Translations under genes and position numbers: made by a program
The notes under the pieces: model-generated
Databases searched by the model: none
What the model was told of the DNA's origin: nothing
What the model saw: only the letters and a program-made list of their open reading frames with translations
IMG/VR virus record: IMGVR_UViG_3300013383_000001
Coordinates: 1-64,000 of that record
Length of the DNA: 64,000 bases
Source: a virus
Lineage: Duplodnaviria > Caudoviricetes
Reading direction: 5' to 3' (one strand)
In this document: one piece after another, positions 20,045 through 33,321 of the stretch
How the letters are laid out: every line of letters starts with the position of its first letter
Numbering within the stretch: the first letter of the stretch is position 1

Positions 20045-23000
20045 ATGGCAAAAAAGAAGAAAGTTGAATTACCAGATGAGATCCAATCATTAGTAAATGA
20101 GGTCAAAGATGTTATAAAGATAATTCCCGATGATGAAGTTATTGAGGAGCCAGTTAATACGTTTGTAGACTGGGATTTTTCTTTAAATGATAAAATTGAT
20201 TTCTTTGATATTAATTTATCATACGAATTAACAGGGTATAGACCTATTACTAAAGATAAAGGATTAGATTTTGATCCAGATTGGTTTACTGAGCCGAGAG
20301 AAACATTCTTAAGAACTGGATAGTATACATCCTTCCGTAGAGGAAGTAAAGCATTTGCTGATTTCTGGAGGACACAATACAAACGTTGTAAACATGGAAT
20401 GACAGTAAATGGATATACTATTACAGGTGATAATTATTTCTTTCTTAACTTTTTCTAGTTGATGGATCTCGATAACACCTCCAAAGCAGGTGGTGGTCGT
20501 GCTTATATATTCCCTGCTTTCTATGCAGGTTAGTATGAGATGTTCCATTATATCGAATTATGCAGAAAGCTACGTTTAAATGCTTGTATAATGAAATCTC
20601 GCGAGGTAGGATATTCAGAATTATTATCGGCAGTTGTAGCTAACTCATATAATAGTACTAAGAATAGTATAAACTTAGTAACTGCATTTAACTCTGATTA
20701 TTTAACGAATACATTAGGAAAAGTTTGGAATTGCTTATCATTCTTAAATGATAACACAGGAGGAGGTTTCTTTAAACTTCGTTAGGTAGTAGACAAATCT
20801 GATCATAAAAAAGCATCTGTATTAAAAATGATAGATGGTCAGAAAGTAGAAACTGGATGGATGTCTGAAATAATAGGAATTGTTGCAGACAAGCCGAATA
20901 AGATTCGTGGTTATCGTACTGATTTGCTAGTCTTTGAAGAAGCAGGTAGCTGGCGTAACTTAGCCAAAGCGTATGTTCAGTCAGAAGCACTTGTTGGTCC
21001 TCCAGGATAGGCTTGGGGATTAAGACTTGTAGGAGGTACTTCAGGTGATACCAAAGAAGCATTAGATGGTCTTAAATCTATGTTTTATAACCCTGATTCA
21101 TTTGGTATACTTCCATTTAGACATAACTACACTTAGACAGGTGAAACTTCAATAACTTCTTTCTTTGTACCGTGTACAAAGATACCTAAGAATAGAAAAA
21201 GATTCTTAGAACATAGAGGTTTTGTTGATACTGAAAAAGTAAAAGAATGGCAACTTGAAGAGCGTGCAAAAAAGATTAATACACCTGATGTGTTAATGTT
21301 ACATTGTGCAGAGTTTCCATTTACTGATCAAGAAGCATTTTCTGCAGGTGTTGTTAATAAGTTTAATAAATTATATATAACAGAACAGCTTACGAACATT
21401 AGAGCATTACATAAATGTCCTCCAATAGATGTAGGTTGGTTGGAGTATACTTTTAAAGATAAAAAACAAACTCAAGAGACAATTAATGGATTTATATGGA
21501 AGCCTTATAAAACTGGTAAGGTTAAAATATTAGAACATCCTTTATGGACTCTTCCTACAAAACGAAATGAAGATGGGGATGTTGAATGGGTAGCACCTTC
21601 TGAACGAATCAATAATCTGTATGTAATAGGTATAGACGGTATTGATATTGGTGCATCTCAAACATCTGAATATACTAAAAATCCATCTGATTTTTGTGCA
21701 GTAGTATTAAAAAGGGCATACGGTCAAGAACCTCCTAAAGTGGTTGCTATTTATAAAGATAGACCACAAGATATTCGAGAGTGTTATAAAATTGCTATAC
21801 GACTAGCGTAGTATTATAATGCTATGATTAATGTTGAAGCAACTCGTATGTCTATCGTACCTTGGGCAAGAACTATGGGGTACATCAAATGGTTTATGAG
21901 ACGTCCTAGAGCTACTCTTAGCGAGAGCTTACGTAATACTAATAAGTAGTTTGGTACACCTGCTACTGCGGCTATTATCGCACATCAAACTGATTTAATT
22001 GCAGATTTCATTAACGATAACTGGGAAGAAATGTGGTTTGATGAAATGCTTGATGAATTAAACAACTATACTGATGATAATAAACGTAGATTTGATATTG
22101 TCGCGGCTTTCGGTAGAGTTTACATGCCGAATAGTGTAGAAATACACTAATTAAAAAATTCCGCAAAATCGGAGAAGGCTAACGTGATTAATAATTTTTA
22201 AATAAATATCAAAATGAGTAATCATTCTTTTTTGAAACAATTAAAATACATTGAAGAGAATTGTCCTTTAACAAAAAGTACAACAGCTAAAAAAGAAGTT
22301 AGACATACTTTCTTTAAAGAGATTAAGACTGAAATTCAAGCATATTTACTTGGTCTTTTAATGTCTGACGGGAGTGTAAACACGGATAATCAAATTAAGT
22401 TACATATAAATGAAAAAGATAAAGAATTATTTGAATACTTAAAAGTGATTAGTCCCAACGCGGGAGTTTACACAATGAAAGGGTATGAATCAAAAGCTAA
22501 AGTACGAGGAAGAGCTGTTAAAAATAAAGGAAGTATTGCTTTATTTTTAAACAGTAAAACAATGTGTGAAGATTTAGCAAAGTATGGAATTGTTCAAAAC
22601 AAAACATATAAACAACTAAGTTTGCCGAAAATTTCAGATGAATTAATTAGACATTTTATAAGAGGGTATTTTGATGGAGATGGATGCTTTACTACATGTT
22701 TGCGAAAGCCCAACCCTAAACACAGAATGGTAAATTATGGAATAAGAGCTTCTTTTAACATCTGTGGTAAATTAGATAATATATTTGTCGAAATGCAAAA
22801 ATGGTTTGCAGATAAAGGAATTAAAACTGGAATTTTTTATGAAAAACGAGATGACATGTATAGAATACATACATAGGCTCGACAAAATTTAATAAATCTA
22901 TTTCATTTATTATACGACGACAGCAGCTGCTATTTAAAAAGAAAATTCGATAAGTTTAATCATTATGCTAACACCGAGGTAACTCAGTTAATCACTGAGC

Positions 23001-23388
23001 ACCGTAACGCATAGGAGGTGAACGTTAAAGAGAGTAATAATCCTCCCACGAGTGCGGAACCCTTAACAGATAATGCTGAAGGTGAAAATATATGCTGAAC
23101 TTATAGGAAACTATAAGAACTATAGGATAAAAAGCCTATAGGATAACATAATTGATGGCACTCTTGGCTAACGAAGAGTTAGAAGGCAGAGTTCCCAAAC
23201 AAGTAGAAGTTTATACTGAAGATAATAGTTGTAATATTGGATATTATGTTGATAATGATGGACGTAAAAGATGGGGAGTAATTCCTAATAAGAAATAGCC
23301 AGATATAAATTGGAATAATGACTTTGGATAGTATGTCAATTACGGATATAGAACAACTGACACTAGATTTTATACGGACATTCTATAA
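20045..23388 (+). CDS. terL: terminase large subunit; exons 20045-22114 and 23155-23388 (TAG=Gln)
   Basis: MKSREVGYS (Walker A), LVFEEAG (Walker B), GIDGID nuclease motif; junction RFDIVAAFG|MALLANEE; 767 aa. Confidence 0.9.
22115..23154 (+). mobile_element. group I intron in terL
   Basis: P1 TTCGGT/GCCGAA with U.G pair; P3 TTCCGCA/TGCGGAA; P7 GCATA/TATGC; terminal G; removal restores the frame. Confidence 0.88.
22214..23098 (+). CDS. intron-encoded double-motif LAGLIDADG homing endonuclease (TAG=Gln)
   Basis: YLLGLLMSDG and FIRGYFDGDG motifs; reads through TAG 22874 to LYDDSSCYLKRK and TGA at 23096-23098. Confidence 0.85.
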
Positions 23389-23641
23389 GAAGGAATATAT
23401 TGGAAAACTTGAGGTAGAAGCACTTGAACCTGAAGGTTATTCGGTAACTTTATATCCTCAAGGAGAATATGAACCAATGTAGTTTTGTGCATATCTAGAT
23501 GATGAAGCATTTGTTAAATAGTTGAGAGAATTTATTAGACAACGTAAGTTTCATCTATGCACATACGGACGTATGGAAAAGGTTCAACCGTATTTATGCT
23601 AGCCAATTAATAAATCATGTAGTTGTAATGACGAAGGATGA
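23333..23641 (+). CDS. hypothetical protein between terL and portal (TAG=Gln)
   Basis: MSITDIEQL...YIGKLEV; 102 aa under code 15. Confidence 0.7.
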
Positions 23642-25984
23642 ATTAATTGAAAAAACGGATACTACTATCAACGAATTAGTTTATCCGAAATGGAATTTGT
23701 AGAAAGCATACAACTACTATAATGGAGTAAGAGATAAAGATCAGTTTAAGTATCTTGAAGAGAAATTTGGTACAAGTACTCCTACTGAACTTAATTTTAC
23801 TCCTCTTATAAAGAAGCATATAGATGCTTTAGTAGGTGAATACTTAAGTATGCCTATAATTCCGAAAGTGTATTGTAAAGATAGTGAAACCATTTCTAAC
23901 ATGGATCGCGAAAAGCAATTAAAGGTTGTTTCTGAAATACACTCATTTTTAAAAGGACATCTTAAATAGAGTATCTTGAAATTTATGAATGGTAAAGATA
24001 CAGATGATCCCTTAATCGCAGAATAGATTGAAGATATAAAAGACTCTATTGATAATACTTTTGTTTCAGAATATGAAGCAGCAGCATAGAATGTTGTTGA
24101 TTATATTATTCAATCTAGAGATACTGATTTAATACCTTCTCTTAGGAATTTGATAATGGATCTACTTATAACAGGATTTACTTTTTATAAAGTAGAACCC
24201 ACTGTAAGTGGAGATAATATAAAGATAAGAGTATTAAATCCATTAAATACATTTATAGATAGAAATCTTGAATCACCATACATTAAAAATTCTTATCGAG
24301 CAGTTGTAAGAAATTGGATGTCAAAGAATGAAATTCTTAATAAATATGGAAAGAAAATGTCTCAAAAAGATAGAGATCTTTTAGAAAGTCATTGGCAATC
24401 CATATATGACAATTCAATGTATTATGTTAGAATGTAGAATGATAAGACAGGTAGACCTATGACAGATGGACTAATGGCGGGTGTAGAAGTTACTCCTGGG
24501 TATCCAACGGTAGGACATCACGGTATTAATTGGGAATTGATACCTGTTTATGAGGTAGAGTGGTTGGAGGTTGATAAGAATTTTGTCATGTAGAGATATG
24601 AAACTATTAGAATAGGAGAAGAGATTTATATACTTACAGGTAAAGTTGAGGATGTTCAACGTAGTAAATCTAATCCTAACTATTGCGGATTATCTATAAA
24701 CGGTGTGTATTTCTTGAATAGAAGTTCAGAACCTTACTCTATGGTGCTTGCATGTGCACATTTGCAGGATTAACGTCTTACCAGTCCTGCTAAAATCTCG
24801 TGAATTGCTGAGAAATCTTTGAAATGAAAATCAGCATCCTATTTTATAAATAAATTGGATCAACGACTATTCTAATAGAATAATAAATAAAGCGCGAGAA
24901 TATTAACTAGATTAATATATGAGATAGTCTAATTTACAAATAATTGAGGTATGACCTTTTGAACTTCTATCGTGATAATTTGATAGCTAATAGCGGTACA
25001 GTAGGTGATTGGATTGATGAAACATTAATCCCTGCACATTTAGGTGTTAATATGCCTGAACGTATTGCCCGATGGATAGAATTAAAGAAGCAAGGTATTG
25101 CATTATTAAATTCTTCTGATGAAGGTAGAGCTACATCTTCTGGACCGTTAAATACTATTTTTAATGGTTATGATGATACCATTAAAGTGCAAGCAATTCA
25201 GTCTATACAAGTTGCATTAGATTCTATAGAAGCTACTACATCATCAATTACAGGTGTCTTCAGAGAAAGATTAAATGGAATTGAGCAAAAAGATGCAGTA
25301 ACTAATATTAAGCAAGGAGTAAATAATTCATTCATTATAACCAAGCAATATTATCATTAGATGGATTTAGTAGTGAATGAAATATTACTTGATTGTTTGA
25401 ATCTATCTAAAAGAGTTTTTGCTAATGGTTTAACAGGTACGTTAGTACTTGGGGATAAGTATTAGAAGATATTTACTGCACTTCCTGAATACTTTACTAT
25501 GACAGATTACGATATTCGTGTAGTTACAAGTTCGGAAGCAGTTAAAGATCTTGAATAGATTAAGGCTATTGTACCTGAATTTGTAAAAGTAGGTGCATTA
25601 CCTCCTGATATTGTAATGGATGCTTTAACTAGTAAGAATTTGCCTGATCTTAAATAGAGAGTTAAGATTGCTATGAAAAAGTAGAAAGCAGAGAATAATC
25701 AACTACAGCAATTATCTCAAAAAGCTCAAGAACTCGAATAGCAATTACAACAAGCATCTAAACAACTAGAAGCAGCAAATAAAAAAGTAGAACAACTCAA
25801 TCAAGAGAAAATGCAATTAGAAAAACAGAAAATAGATATGCAATACAAAGTAGACTGGTTTAAAGCACAAACAGATCGTGATTATAAAAAGGAAATGTCT
25901 GAGGAAACTAAACGTAGGACAGATTTGGAGTTAGCATAGCTCCATGATGGTAATCTTTATAACGATAAAATTGCTCAGGTTTAA
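23628..25984 (+). CDS. portal protein; exons 23628-24770 and 24947-25984 (TAG=Gln)
   Basis: KAYNYYNG, PLIKKHIDALVGE, GVFRERL motifs; junction AHLQD|RYDLL; Q-rich coiled-coil C-terminus; position after terL. Confidence 0.85.
24771..24946 (+). mobile_element. ORF-less minimal group I intron (176 nt) in portal
   Basis: P1 GCAGGAT/GTCCTGC; P3 TCTCGTG/CGCGAGA; P4 TGCTGA/TCAGCA; P7 GACTA/TAGTC; terminal G; removal restores the frame. Confidence 0.85.
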
Positions 25985-26040
25985 TTTTTATAGTCCATAT
26001 CTTTAGATATATAATTTTAAATAATTAAATCTCGTAATTA

Positions 26041-27150
26041 ATGAAAGTTAATTTTTTAAGAGGTAAAAGAGTGTTATATGCTTATTCATCTGACACGCCT
26101 TCAAAATTTAATGACGCTCTTTATTTTGCCACAGATACTGGCGAGTTGTTAATGAATGGAACTCGTTATGGTATCGATGGTGAAAGAATTAAAAATGTTG
26201 AATTTGAGGATTCAACAAACACTTTTACTTTTACTAAGCAAGATGATACTACAGTTGTAGTAAGTCTTGGTAACAAACTTCTTACTGCTGATGATAGAAG
26301 TCTTCTTGAGCAAGTAAAAGATATTATCGATACTGGTAATATCAGTGTAATGTATGATTCTCAATTAGATGAATCACTTAAAACTGTTTCTGCTCTTGGA
26401 GGTATTCCAGCAGGAACTACTGTAGGTTCACTTAAAGCAAAGACTCTTTCTCAAGTATTTGATGATCTTTTGTTCCCAACAGTTGATCCTACTATGACTG
26501 CTCCTTCTGCTAGTCTTAGTTTAAAAAGTTATAATAGTGTACAGCTTGTGGGTTCTGCTGCACCTTCTGCTGATACTAATTTTACTAAAACATTTAATAG
26601 AGGTTCTATTAAAATTGGTAATACAGAACAAGCTAAACGTGCAGGTGAAGCAACTAGCGAAGTCGTATATTATAACACAGAGGCTACTACATATCCTACC
26701 TCTGTAGTAGAAGGTGCAATGAAATTCTACTATAAGGTAAATCACGCAGCTGGTCCTCAACCTAAGAACTCAAAAGGTGAGAATTATAGCACTGCATTAG
26801 CAGCTGGTTCAGTGACTTCTGCTGCTTGTACTGTATATGGTGTATATCAATATTATGCAGGTATTGGAAATCTTACTACTAAGATTCCTTTGACTAATGA
26901 TACTAAGTTTACAGTTACACTTGGTGCAGAGAATGGTACTAATAAGCATCAATTTGCAATTCCTGCTAAATATATTCTTACTAAAGTAGAAGTACTTAAT
27001 ACTTTAAACAATCAATGGGAAACTTATAATCATACAACTGGTTTAACAGTTTCTACTGAGGATATTGACGAAGTTTCTTATAAAAAATATGTAAGAAATG
27101 ATGCTGGTCTTAATGGAGAGTTACAATATCGTATAACCTTTAATAAATAA
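26041..27150 (+). CDS. virion structural/fibre protein
   Basis: LYFATDTGEL N-terminal motif shared with other fibre genes here; Thr-rich, predicted beta-rich C-terminus. Confidence 0.7.
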   Translation: MKVNFLRGKRVLYAYSSDTPSKFNDALYFATDTGELLMNGTRYGIDGERIKNVEFEDSTNTFTFTKQDDTTVVVSLGNKLLTADDRSLLEQVKDIIDTGNISVMYDSQLDESLKTVSALGGIPAGTTVGSLKAKTLSQVFDDLLFPTVDPTMTAPSASLSLKSYNSVQLVGSAAPSADTNFTKTFNRGSIKIGNTEQAKRAGEATSEVVYYNTEATTYPTSVVEGAMKFYYKVNHAAGPQPKNSKGENYSTALAAGSVTSAACTVYGVYQYYAGIGNLTTKIPLTNDTKFTVTLGAENGTNKHQFAIPAKYILTKVEVLNTLNNQWETYNHTTGLTVSTEDIDEVSYKKYVRNDAGLNGELQYRITFNK

Positions 27151-27155
27151 TAATT

Positions 27156-28148
27156 ATGGCAAGAAATAGAGGCGCATTTGGTTTTTCAGGATCTCTTGAG
27201 ATCCATAAGACAGCTCCGTTAGACGCGAGACTTTTAGTTCCTACACTTGCTGAATTAACACAAGAGGAAACTTGGTTAGACGGTGGCGGTATTTGGCTTT
27301 ACAATAATATTGTAGTAACTGTACAAGATCAGAAGGGTCTTTACATGCTTACTAATTATGATCCTGTTACTGCTCCTGAAGCATATAAGACAGCAGATAA
27401 TTGGGTACGTATAGATGCATCAGCTGCTAAGATTGATGTGGTAACTAATCTTGAATCTACAGATGATACTAAAGCACTTGCTGCTTCACAAGGTAAAGCC
27501 TTGTCTGATAAAATTGAGGAAGTAAAAACATCTCTCTCTTCAGTATATTCTTATAAAGGTTCTGTAGATAATTATGCAGATCTTCCTTCAGCGGATCAGA
27601 AAGTAGGTGATACCTATAATGTAGTTAATGCCAATGGAAATATTCCTGCAGGTACTAACTATGCTTGGAATGGTGAATCTTGGGATGCTCTCGGTGGTTC
27701 TATAGACCTTTCTGTATATTACACCAAATCTGAAACAGACACTCTTGTTACAGGTGCAAAAGACTATGCAAAAGGTTTGGTAGACACTTTATCTACTACA
27801 GTAGGTGAGCATACTGCAGCATTAAATGTTATTAAGGGTACAGAAGAAACTACTGGATCACTTCTTAATACATTAAAGCAATCTAAGGATTATACCGATG
27901 AATAGCTTACTGGGTATGTAGAAAAGGTTGAAGGAAGCAGTCTTATTACAGAAGAGAAACTTACTTTAATCGATACTTTAAATACTAAGGTATCTGCATT
28001 AGAAACAGCTACTGCAGATCTTACTACTTTAAAAGCTCAAGTAGAAACAAATAAAACAGATATTGCTACACTTAAAGGAAATTCAGAAACAGAAGGTTCG
28101 GTAGATTATAAAATTGTTAACGCATTATCTTGGGAGGATATTAAATAA
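27156..28148 (+). CDS. fibre-like structural protein (TAG=Gln)
   Basis: PLDAR, ALAASQGK, YKGSV...GDTYNV, WDALGG motifs; one TAG read-through at 27903. Confidence 0.7.
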
Positions 28149-28150
28149 TT

Positions 28151-29773
28151 ATGGCAGCTATTAAATTTATACATATTGCAAAAAAGGAGAACTTTACTAC
28201 AGCTCTTCAAACTGAACACACTAATAATATTGTATTTATAAAGGATACTCAGGAAATCTGGACACACGGTCAGTATTACGCAATTCCTGATTCTTATAAG
28301 ACTAAGATCACTAATCTTGAAACTGCTGTAAAAGCTCTCCAAGCTGCTACAACTGCACAGAAGTATTTCTCTAAGATTTCTGATGGTACTAACTCAGCAG
28401 AAGCTCCTGGAGGTGAAGCTACTATTGCATTTACAGGTGCTGGAGGTACAACTGTTTCTGTTGGAGCTAGTGGCGTTACTGTAACTTCTAAGGAAGTTAC
28501 TGAATCTACTACTAATGGTAACATTAAGTGGGGTACTGCTGAGATTCCTGTACATGGTCTTGGAACTGCAGCTTATCAAGCAGTTGATGATTTTGCAGCA
28601 GCTGCTGATTTGGCTGCTGTAAAGTCTACTGCTGATAAGGCAAAGACAGATATTGCATCTCTTACTACTCAAGCAGAAGATTTTGATACTCGCATTACTG
28701 CGGCGCAGACTGATGCAACCACAGGTATTACTAATGCTGCTACTGCTCAGGCTGCTGCTGAAGCTGCTCAATCTACCGCAGATACTAAAGTTGCTAGCGT
28801 GACTGGTAAGGATGCGATTGCAGTAACCACTGGTACTGCTCCTGTGGTAAGTCTTAATCTTGATAATACTGGTAATGTAACTCTTTCTCAAGGGAAGTCT
28901 GGACTTAAAGCATCTGTAACTATTCCTTCTGCTACGGTAACTGGTGTAAAGGAAGGTGACAAAGTACTTGCTCTTGATGGCACTGAATTATCTACTACTA
29001 TTGCTTTCTCTGTTGATTCAACTGCAGATAAGGAAGGTAAGAAGTACTTACGTCTTACTGGTATTGATGGTGCTGATCTTGGTAAAGTAGATATTGCTTC
29101 TTTTGTAAAGGACGGCATGCTTTCTGATGCTAAGTTTACTGAAGCAGATCATAAACTCACTCTTACCTTTAATACTGATTCTGGTAAGGAAGCTATTGAA
29201 GTAGATCTTTCTAGTCTTGTTGATGTTTATGATGGTAGCAATGTTAAGATTACTACAATTCCCGTTATTGAAACTTATGAAGATCCTAAGGCACAGGATT
29301 CTGTAAATACTGCTATTGCTAAACTTATAAAGGGTAAGAATGACTTAGATACTAAAGTAAGTAATCTTACCGCAGGTACTTATGTAAACAGCTTTGGTGG
29401 TAAGACAGGTGCAATTACTCTTAAAAAAGCTGATAAGACTACTAATGGTACTGTAAACCTTGAGATGTCTGATAATGAACTTCAGGCTTCTATCGTTGGT
29501 CTTGGTTCCGCCGCTTATACTGAATCATCTGCATACGCAACAGCAGCTCAAGGTGGTAAGGCAGATACCGCTCTTCAAGGTGTTACTAAGGGTACTGATG
29601 GTACTTATGTAACTACTACTATTGGTGATAAAGTTGCTGGTAAGCAGACTATTGGAGTTGCAGTAACAATCGGAGGATTTAATGATAATGGCGAAGTTGC
29701 AACTAATGGTTTAGCACAAGTTTCGACTGTAAAGTCTTATGCAGATGGTCTTCTCGAGTGGGTTGAACTTTAA
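28151..29773 (+). CDS. Ala/Thr-rich fibre protein
   Basis: IVFIKDTQEIWTHG, GLGSAAY repeats, FVKDGML; no TAG. Confidence 0.75.
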   Translation: MAAIKFIHIAKKENFTTALQTEHTNNIVFIKDTQEIWTHGQYYAIPDSYKTKITNLETAVKALQAATTAQKYFSKISDGTNSAEAPGGEATIAFTGAGGTTVSVGASGVTVTSKEVTESTTNGNIKWGTAEIPVHGLGTAAYQAVDDFAAAADLAAVKSTADKAKTDIASLTTQAEDFDTRITAAQTDATTGITNAATAQAAAEAAQSTADTKVASVTGKDAIAVTTGTAPVVSLNLDNTGNVTLSQGKSGLKASVTIPSATVTGVKEGDKVLALDGTELSTTIAFSVDSTADKEGKKYLRLTGIDGADLGKVDIASFVKDGMLSDAKFTEADHKLTLTFNTDSGKEAIEVDLSSLVDVYDGSNVKITTIPVIETYEDPKAQDSVNTAIAKLIKGKNDLDTKVSNLTAGTYVNSFGGKTGAITLKKADKTTNGTVNLEMSDNELQASIVGLGSAAYTESSAYATAAQGGKADTALQGVTKGTDGTYVTTTIGDKVAGKQTIGVAVTIGGFNDNGEVATNGLAQVSTVKSYADGLLEWVEL

Positions 29774-29822
29774 TAAATTGAGTATTGGAAATATCTTTAT
29801 AGATAACTCTTAAATAACTTAT

Positions 29823-29865
29823 AATTACAGTATGCTAGGTTAAGTTTCCTTAGCATACTGTAATT
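29823..29865 (+). terminator. long hairpin (terminator or processing site)
   Basis: 15-bp perfect stem AATTACAGTATGCTA/TAGCATACTGTAATT, intergenic. Confidence 0.55.
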
Positions 29866-29884
29866 TCCAAATATCATATTAAAT

Positions 29885-32500
29885 ATGGCTATAAATAAAA
29901 AACTTATACACTTTAAAAAGAAAGAAGACTTCAATTAGAAGAAACTTTCTACTAATGAAGCTAACACACAATATAGACTTGGTATTGCAGGTACTGTCAC
30001 AACAGGGAATCCTGATATTAAATATCAATCAATAGTATTTATAAAAGATACTAAAGAGATTTGGACACATGATCAGATCTATCCTTGTCCTTATACAGAG
30101 GAGGAAATAGTTACTATGATTAAGGAGATGACCTCTTTCACTAAGGCGGATATTGAAAGTGTTTTAACAGGTAATATCACATCACATACACATAATTATG
30201 CAGGCTCCACCTCAGCAGGTGGTGCTGCTAATAGTGTAAAATCATCTTTGACTGTACAAGTTAATTCAGGAACCACTGAAGGAACTAATAAATATACTTT
30301 TAATGGTAGTACCGCTAAAACTTTAAACCTTAAAGCAGGTAATAATGTAACGCTTAGCGCATCTAGTGGTACAATTACTATAAATTCTACAGCTTCATCA
30401 TCGGGTGGAACTACATTAGACGATCCTACTTCAGAAAACTAGATTTTGGTTGCAATACCTGGAGGAGCAAGTGTACAAAGCAGTGACGTTTCTACCTAGG
30501 CTACTGTAGACGCATTACATCCTACTTGGGTTAATTTTGAAACAGAATTAAATAAGTTTTCTGTAAGTGTTCCTACTCCTACTCAATCTGGGCAGACATT
30601 AACATCGGCAACTAAAAATGGTGAAGTAGTTCCAGTTTGGGAAGATTCTTATGATGAAGATTCTTATGGTATTACTTATTCTGGATTGAATGTGTCAGGA
30701 TCTTTTAGCACTAAAGTAGGTACATAGCAACTTCTTAGTAAGATGCCTGTACAATCAGGAATGAAAGGATGTGTGTATAACCCAAAGACTAAAAAGTTAC
30801 AATATTGGCTTGATCCTGATGATTGGAATTATATTGATGGAATTACTTAGGAAATGAATAATACTATACTCAATGATTCAGAGGCATAGCAACTTCCTAT
30901 ATATAGAAATAATGGATATCGAGATAGTTACCACCATCAAAGTAAGTACCAAACAGAAGGAATTGTAATTTGTGATTCTAATGGAGTAGTTGTAAATACA
31001 GATTCTGAATTTAAAGCAGCAGTAGATTAGAAAAATAAGATGTTTTATGTAAGACTTCTTTTAGAGTCTACTAATCCTGGAATAAGCATGTTAAAGGAAC
31101 GTATTGCACAAAATCCAAAAAGATTATAGATAAGTATGTGTGATATGTCTGATGAACAAAAAGGAACTCCTGTAATTACGGACTTTAATCAATTGTTATG
31201 GACAGACAGTAATTCTAAGAACACTCAAGTTGGAAAAATTACAACAATGTCGGCAACATTTAAGGAAACTTCAGAAGGACAGGTATTAATTGTAACATTA
31301 CAAGATCCAAATTTAACTAGTGACATCACATTTGATATGTATGTTCATTATTTTGCAGAATAGTTTAATTGTAATGCGGAGGAGTATCAAAGAGCATTTA
31401 TTCGCCTTAAATCAGATCTTTCTGGTTATGACGGAGAAGTAATGGTATGGGTTCCTCCATTTCAGCTTAGAAATGAACCAGGACAAATAAGAATTAAGGA
31501 AGCATCTGCTACTAAATATGATCAGTATGATCAAATAAAAGGATTTCTTGTATCTGCATATCCATTATCTATTGTACGTTCTAATCCTAATGATGGTGGT
31601 TATTTAAGTACTATTGGTACATATCCATGTTTAGCATCTGTTTGTAATGATAAAGCATACTGTAGAGGAGGTAGTGATAATTCATCAATGGATCAGTGGC
31701 TGACAATGTATTCTAATGGATACTCAATGACTTAGTTTACTCAATTACGTAAGCCTATAACTGCTATAAATAGATCTTCAGCAAGAAATTGGTGTAAATA
31801 TTCAGGTACTGAATTGATAGACTTTGAACATGTAATGCTTATAAATATTCTTGCTTTAATTGAGGATAAATTAAGCATTTATAAGAGACAATCTGGATTT
31901 GTTTTTAACGGAGCTACTCCTAAATATTTAATAGGAGAAATGAATGAATATGGTAATAATACTTCAGTTAAAAATATGACAGTATTTAAAAATACTGCTC
32001 TTCCTAGTGAGATTACTTCAAGTAATGTTTCTTCAAAAGTATGCACAGATGTCATTTATAAATATCGAGGAATTGAAAACTTTTGGGGAGATTCACTTAT
32101 AATAACTGATAAAGTTCTTGCTTACGGTCAGACATCAAATAGAGTAGTATTATATTATAATCCAAAATCTACTTCATACGAAGATCCAACAAACTACTCA
32201 AATAACATAGCATACATAACTCCTTCTGGTACGACATATAAGTTTAATTATAATGAGTTTAAACAATTAAATGGAAGCAATCATTCATTGTTTCCCAGTG
32301 ACACTTATGTCAGTTCGTCTTATTAGAAAATAGAATGGAGTTCAGGAACTAATAACGCAACAGTTGGATATTGTAATAATGTAAATAGTTATATGTTAGA
32401 TATAAGATGTTCAGATTCAGTAACAAACGCACCTTCTAATGTGAATTTTACATCAGTGTATAGATCTATGGTAATACTTGATAAAGAACCTACATTATGA
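29885..32500 (+). CDS. tail fibre / receptor-binding protein (TAG=Gln)
   Basis: Track fragments 30116, 31136, 31442 and 31814 share one frame; 871 aa; GEVMVWVP and YRGIENFWG motifs. Confidence 0.75.
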
Positions 32501-33321
32501 TATTAAATAATAAAACTTTCTCAGAAAGAAGACCTTTGAAGTATTATCATAAAGGTAATACATATACATATAACTTCAATATAGAAAAGGATACACAACC
32601 TACATATACTGAAGTAGATGGTCAGATAGAAGTAGGATCTAAGAATGGATATTCTTATGTACCTATTGTAATTACATCTATAATAGTTCCTGATTATAAC
32701 GAATGGGTTAAAGCAGTAATAAGAAAGTATATATCAGCTGAAGATGAATTTAAGTTGATCAATTCACACAATATGTACCAGCTGGGTGTTACTGATACTG
32801 TAAAAGATTATCAAGAATACTTGGAACTTGTAGATTGGATTAAAGGTATTGTAAGAACAGATTTCAACCATCAATCTTCTGATAAGGTTAGTTCAGAACC
32901 TAAACAATCTGATATAATTAAATTGATACAAATGACCATAGATACAATGGATTTAACTGATCAACAAGCATTATCTGTTAAATCATTATATCCTGAATGG
33001 GAATCGTTTATAGGAGAAACTATTCAGAAGGATACTAAAGTAAAATACGAGAATAAACTATTCAAAGTAGTTCAGTCTCATTTAGTACAAGAACAGTACC
33101 CTCCTTCTATTGAAACTGCTTCTCTTTATACAGAGATAGTAGAAGACCACAAAGGAACAAAAGATGATCCTATCCCATACCCTGCAGATGGTAATATGGT
33201 GATCTATAATGGTAAGTATTATTTAGAAGATAATATTCTTTATAAGTGTATAAGAGATTCAGGTAATCCGTTGTATGCTCAATTAAAGAATCTAGTAGGA
33301 ATTTATGTTGAATTAGCATGA
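32497..33321 (+). CDS. tail-fibre-associated protein with carbohydrate-binding-like modules
   Basis: LFKVVQSH...YPP and GTKDDPIPY...LYKCIRDS motifs; follows the fibre gene. Confidence 0.6.
   Translation: MILNNKTFSERRPLKYYHKGNTYTYNFNIEKDTQPTYTEVDGQIEVGSKNGYSYVPIVITSIIVPDYNEWVKAVIRKYISAEDEFKLINSHNMYQLGVTDTVKDYQEYLELVDWIKGIVRTDFNHQSSDKVSSEPKQSDIIKLIQMTIDTMDLTDQQALSVKSLYPEWESFIGETIQKDTKVKYENKLFKVVQSHLVQEQYPPSIETASLYTEIVEDHKGTKDDPIPYPADGNMVIYNGKYYLEDNILYKCIRDSGNPLYAQLKNLVGIYVELA

Noticed and set aside
20045-25984. Inteins in terminase or portal
   Set aside because: Insertions break the frame and have group I RNA cores; no C...HN-C/S/T intein junctions seen.
28106-29118. Several minus-strand ORFs (also 52004..52531, 53899..54429, and plus-strand 1147..1507)
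   Set aside because: Shadows of codon-biased genes on the opposite strand; no motifs.
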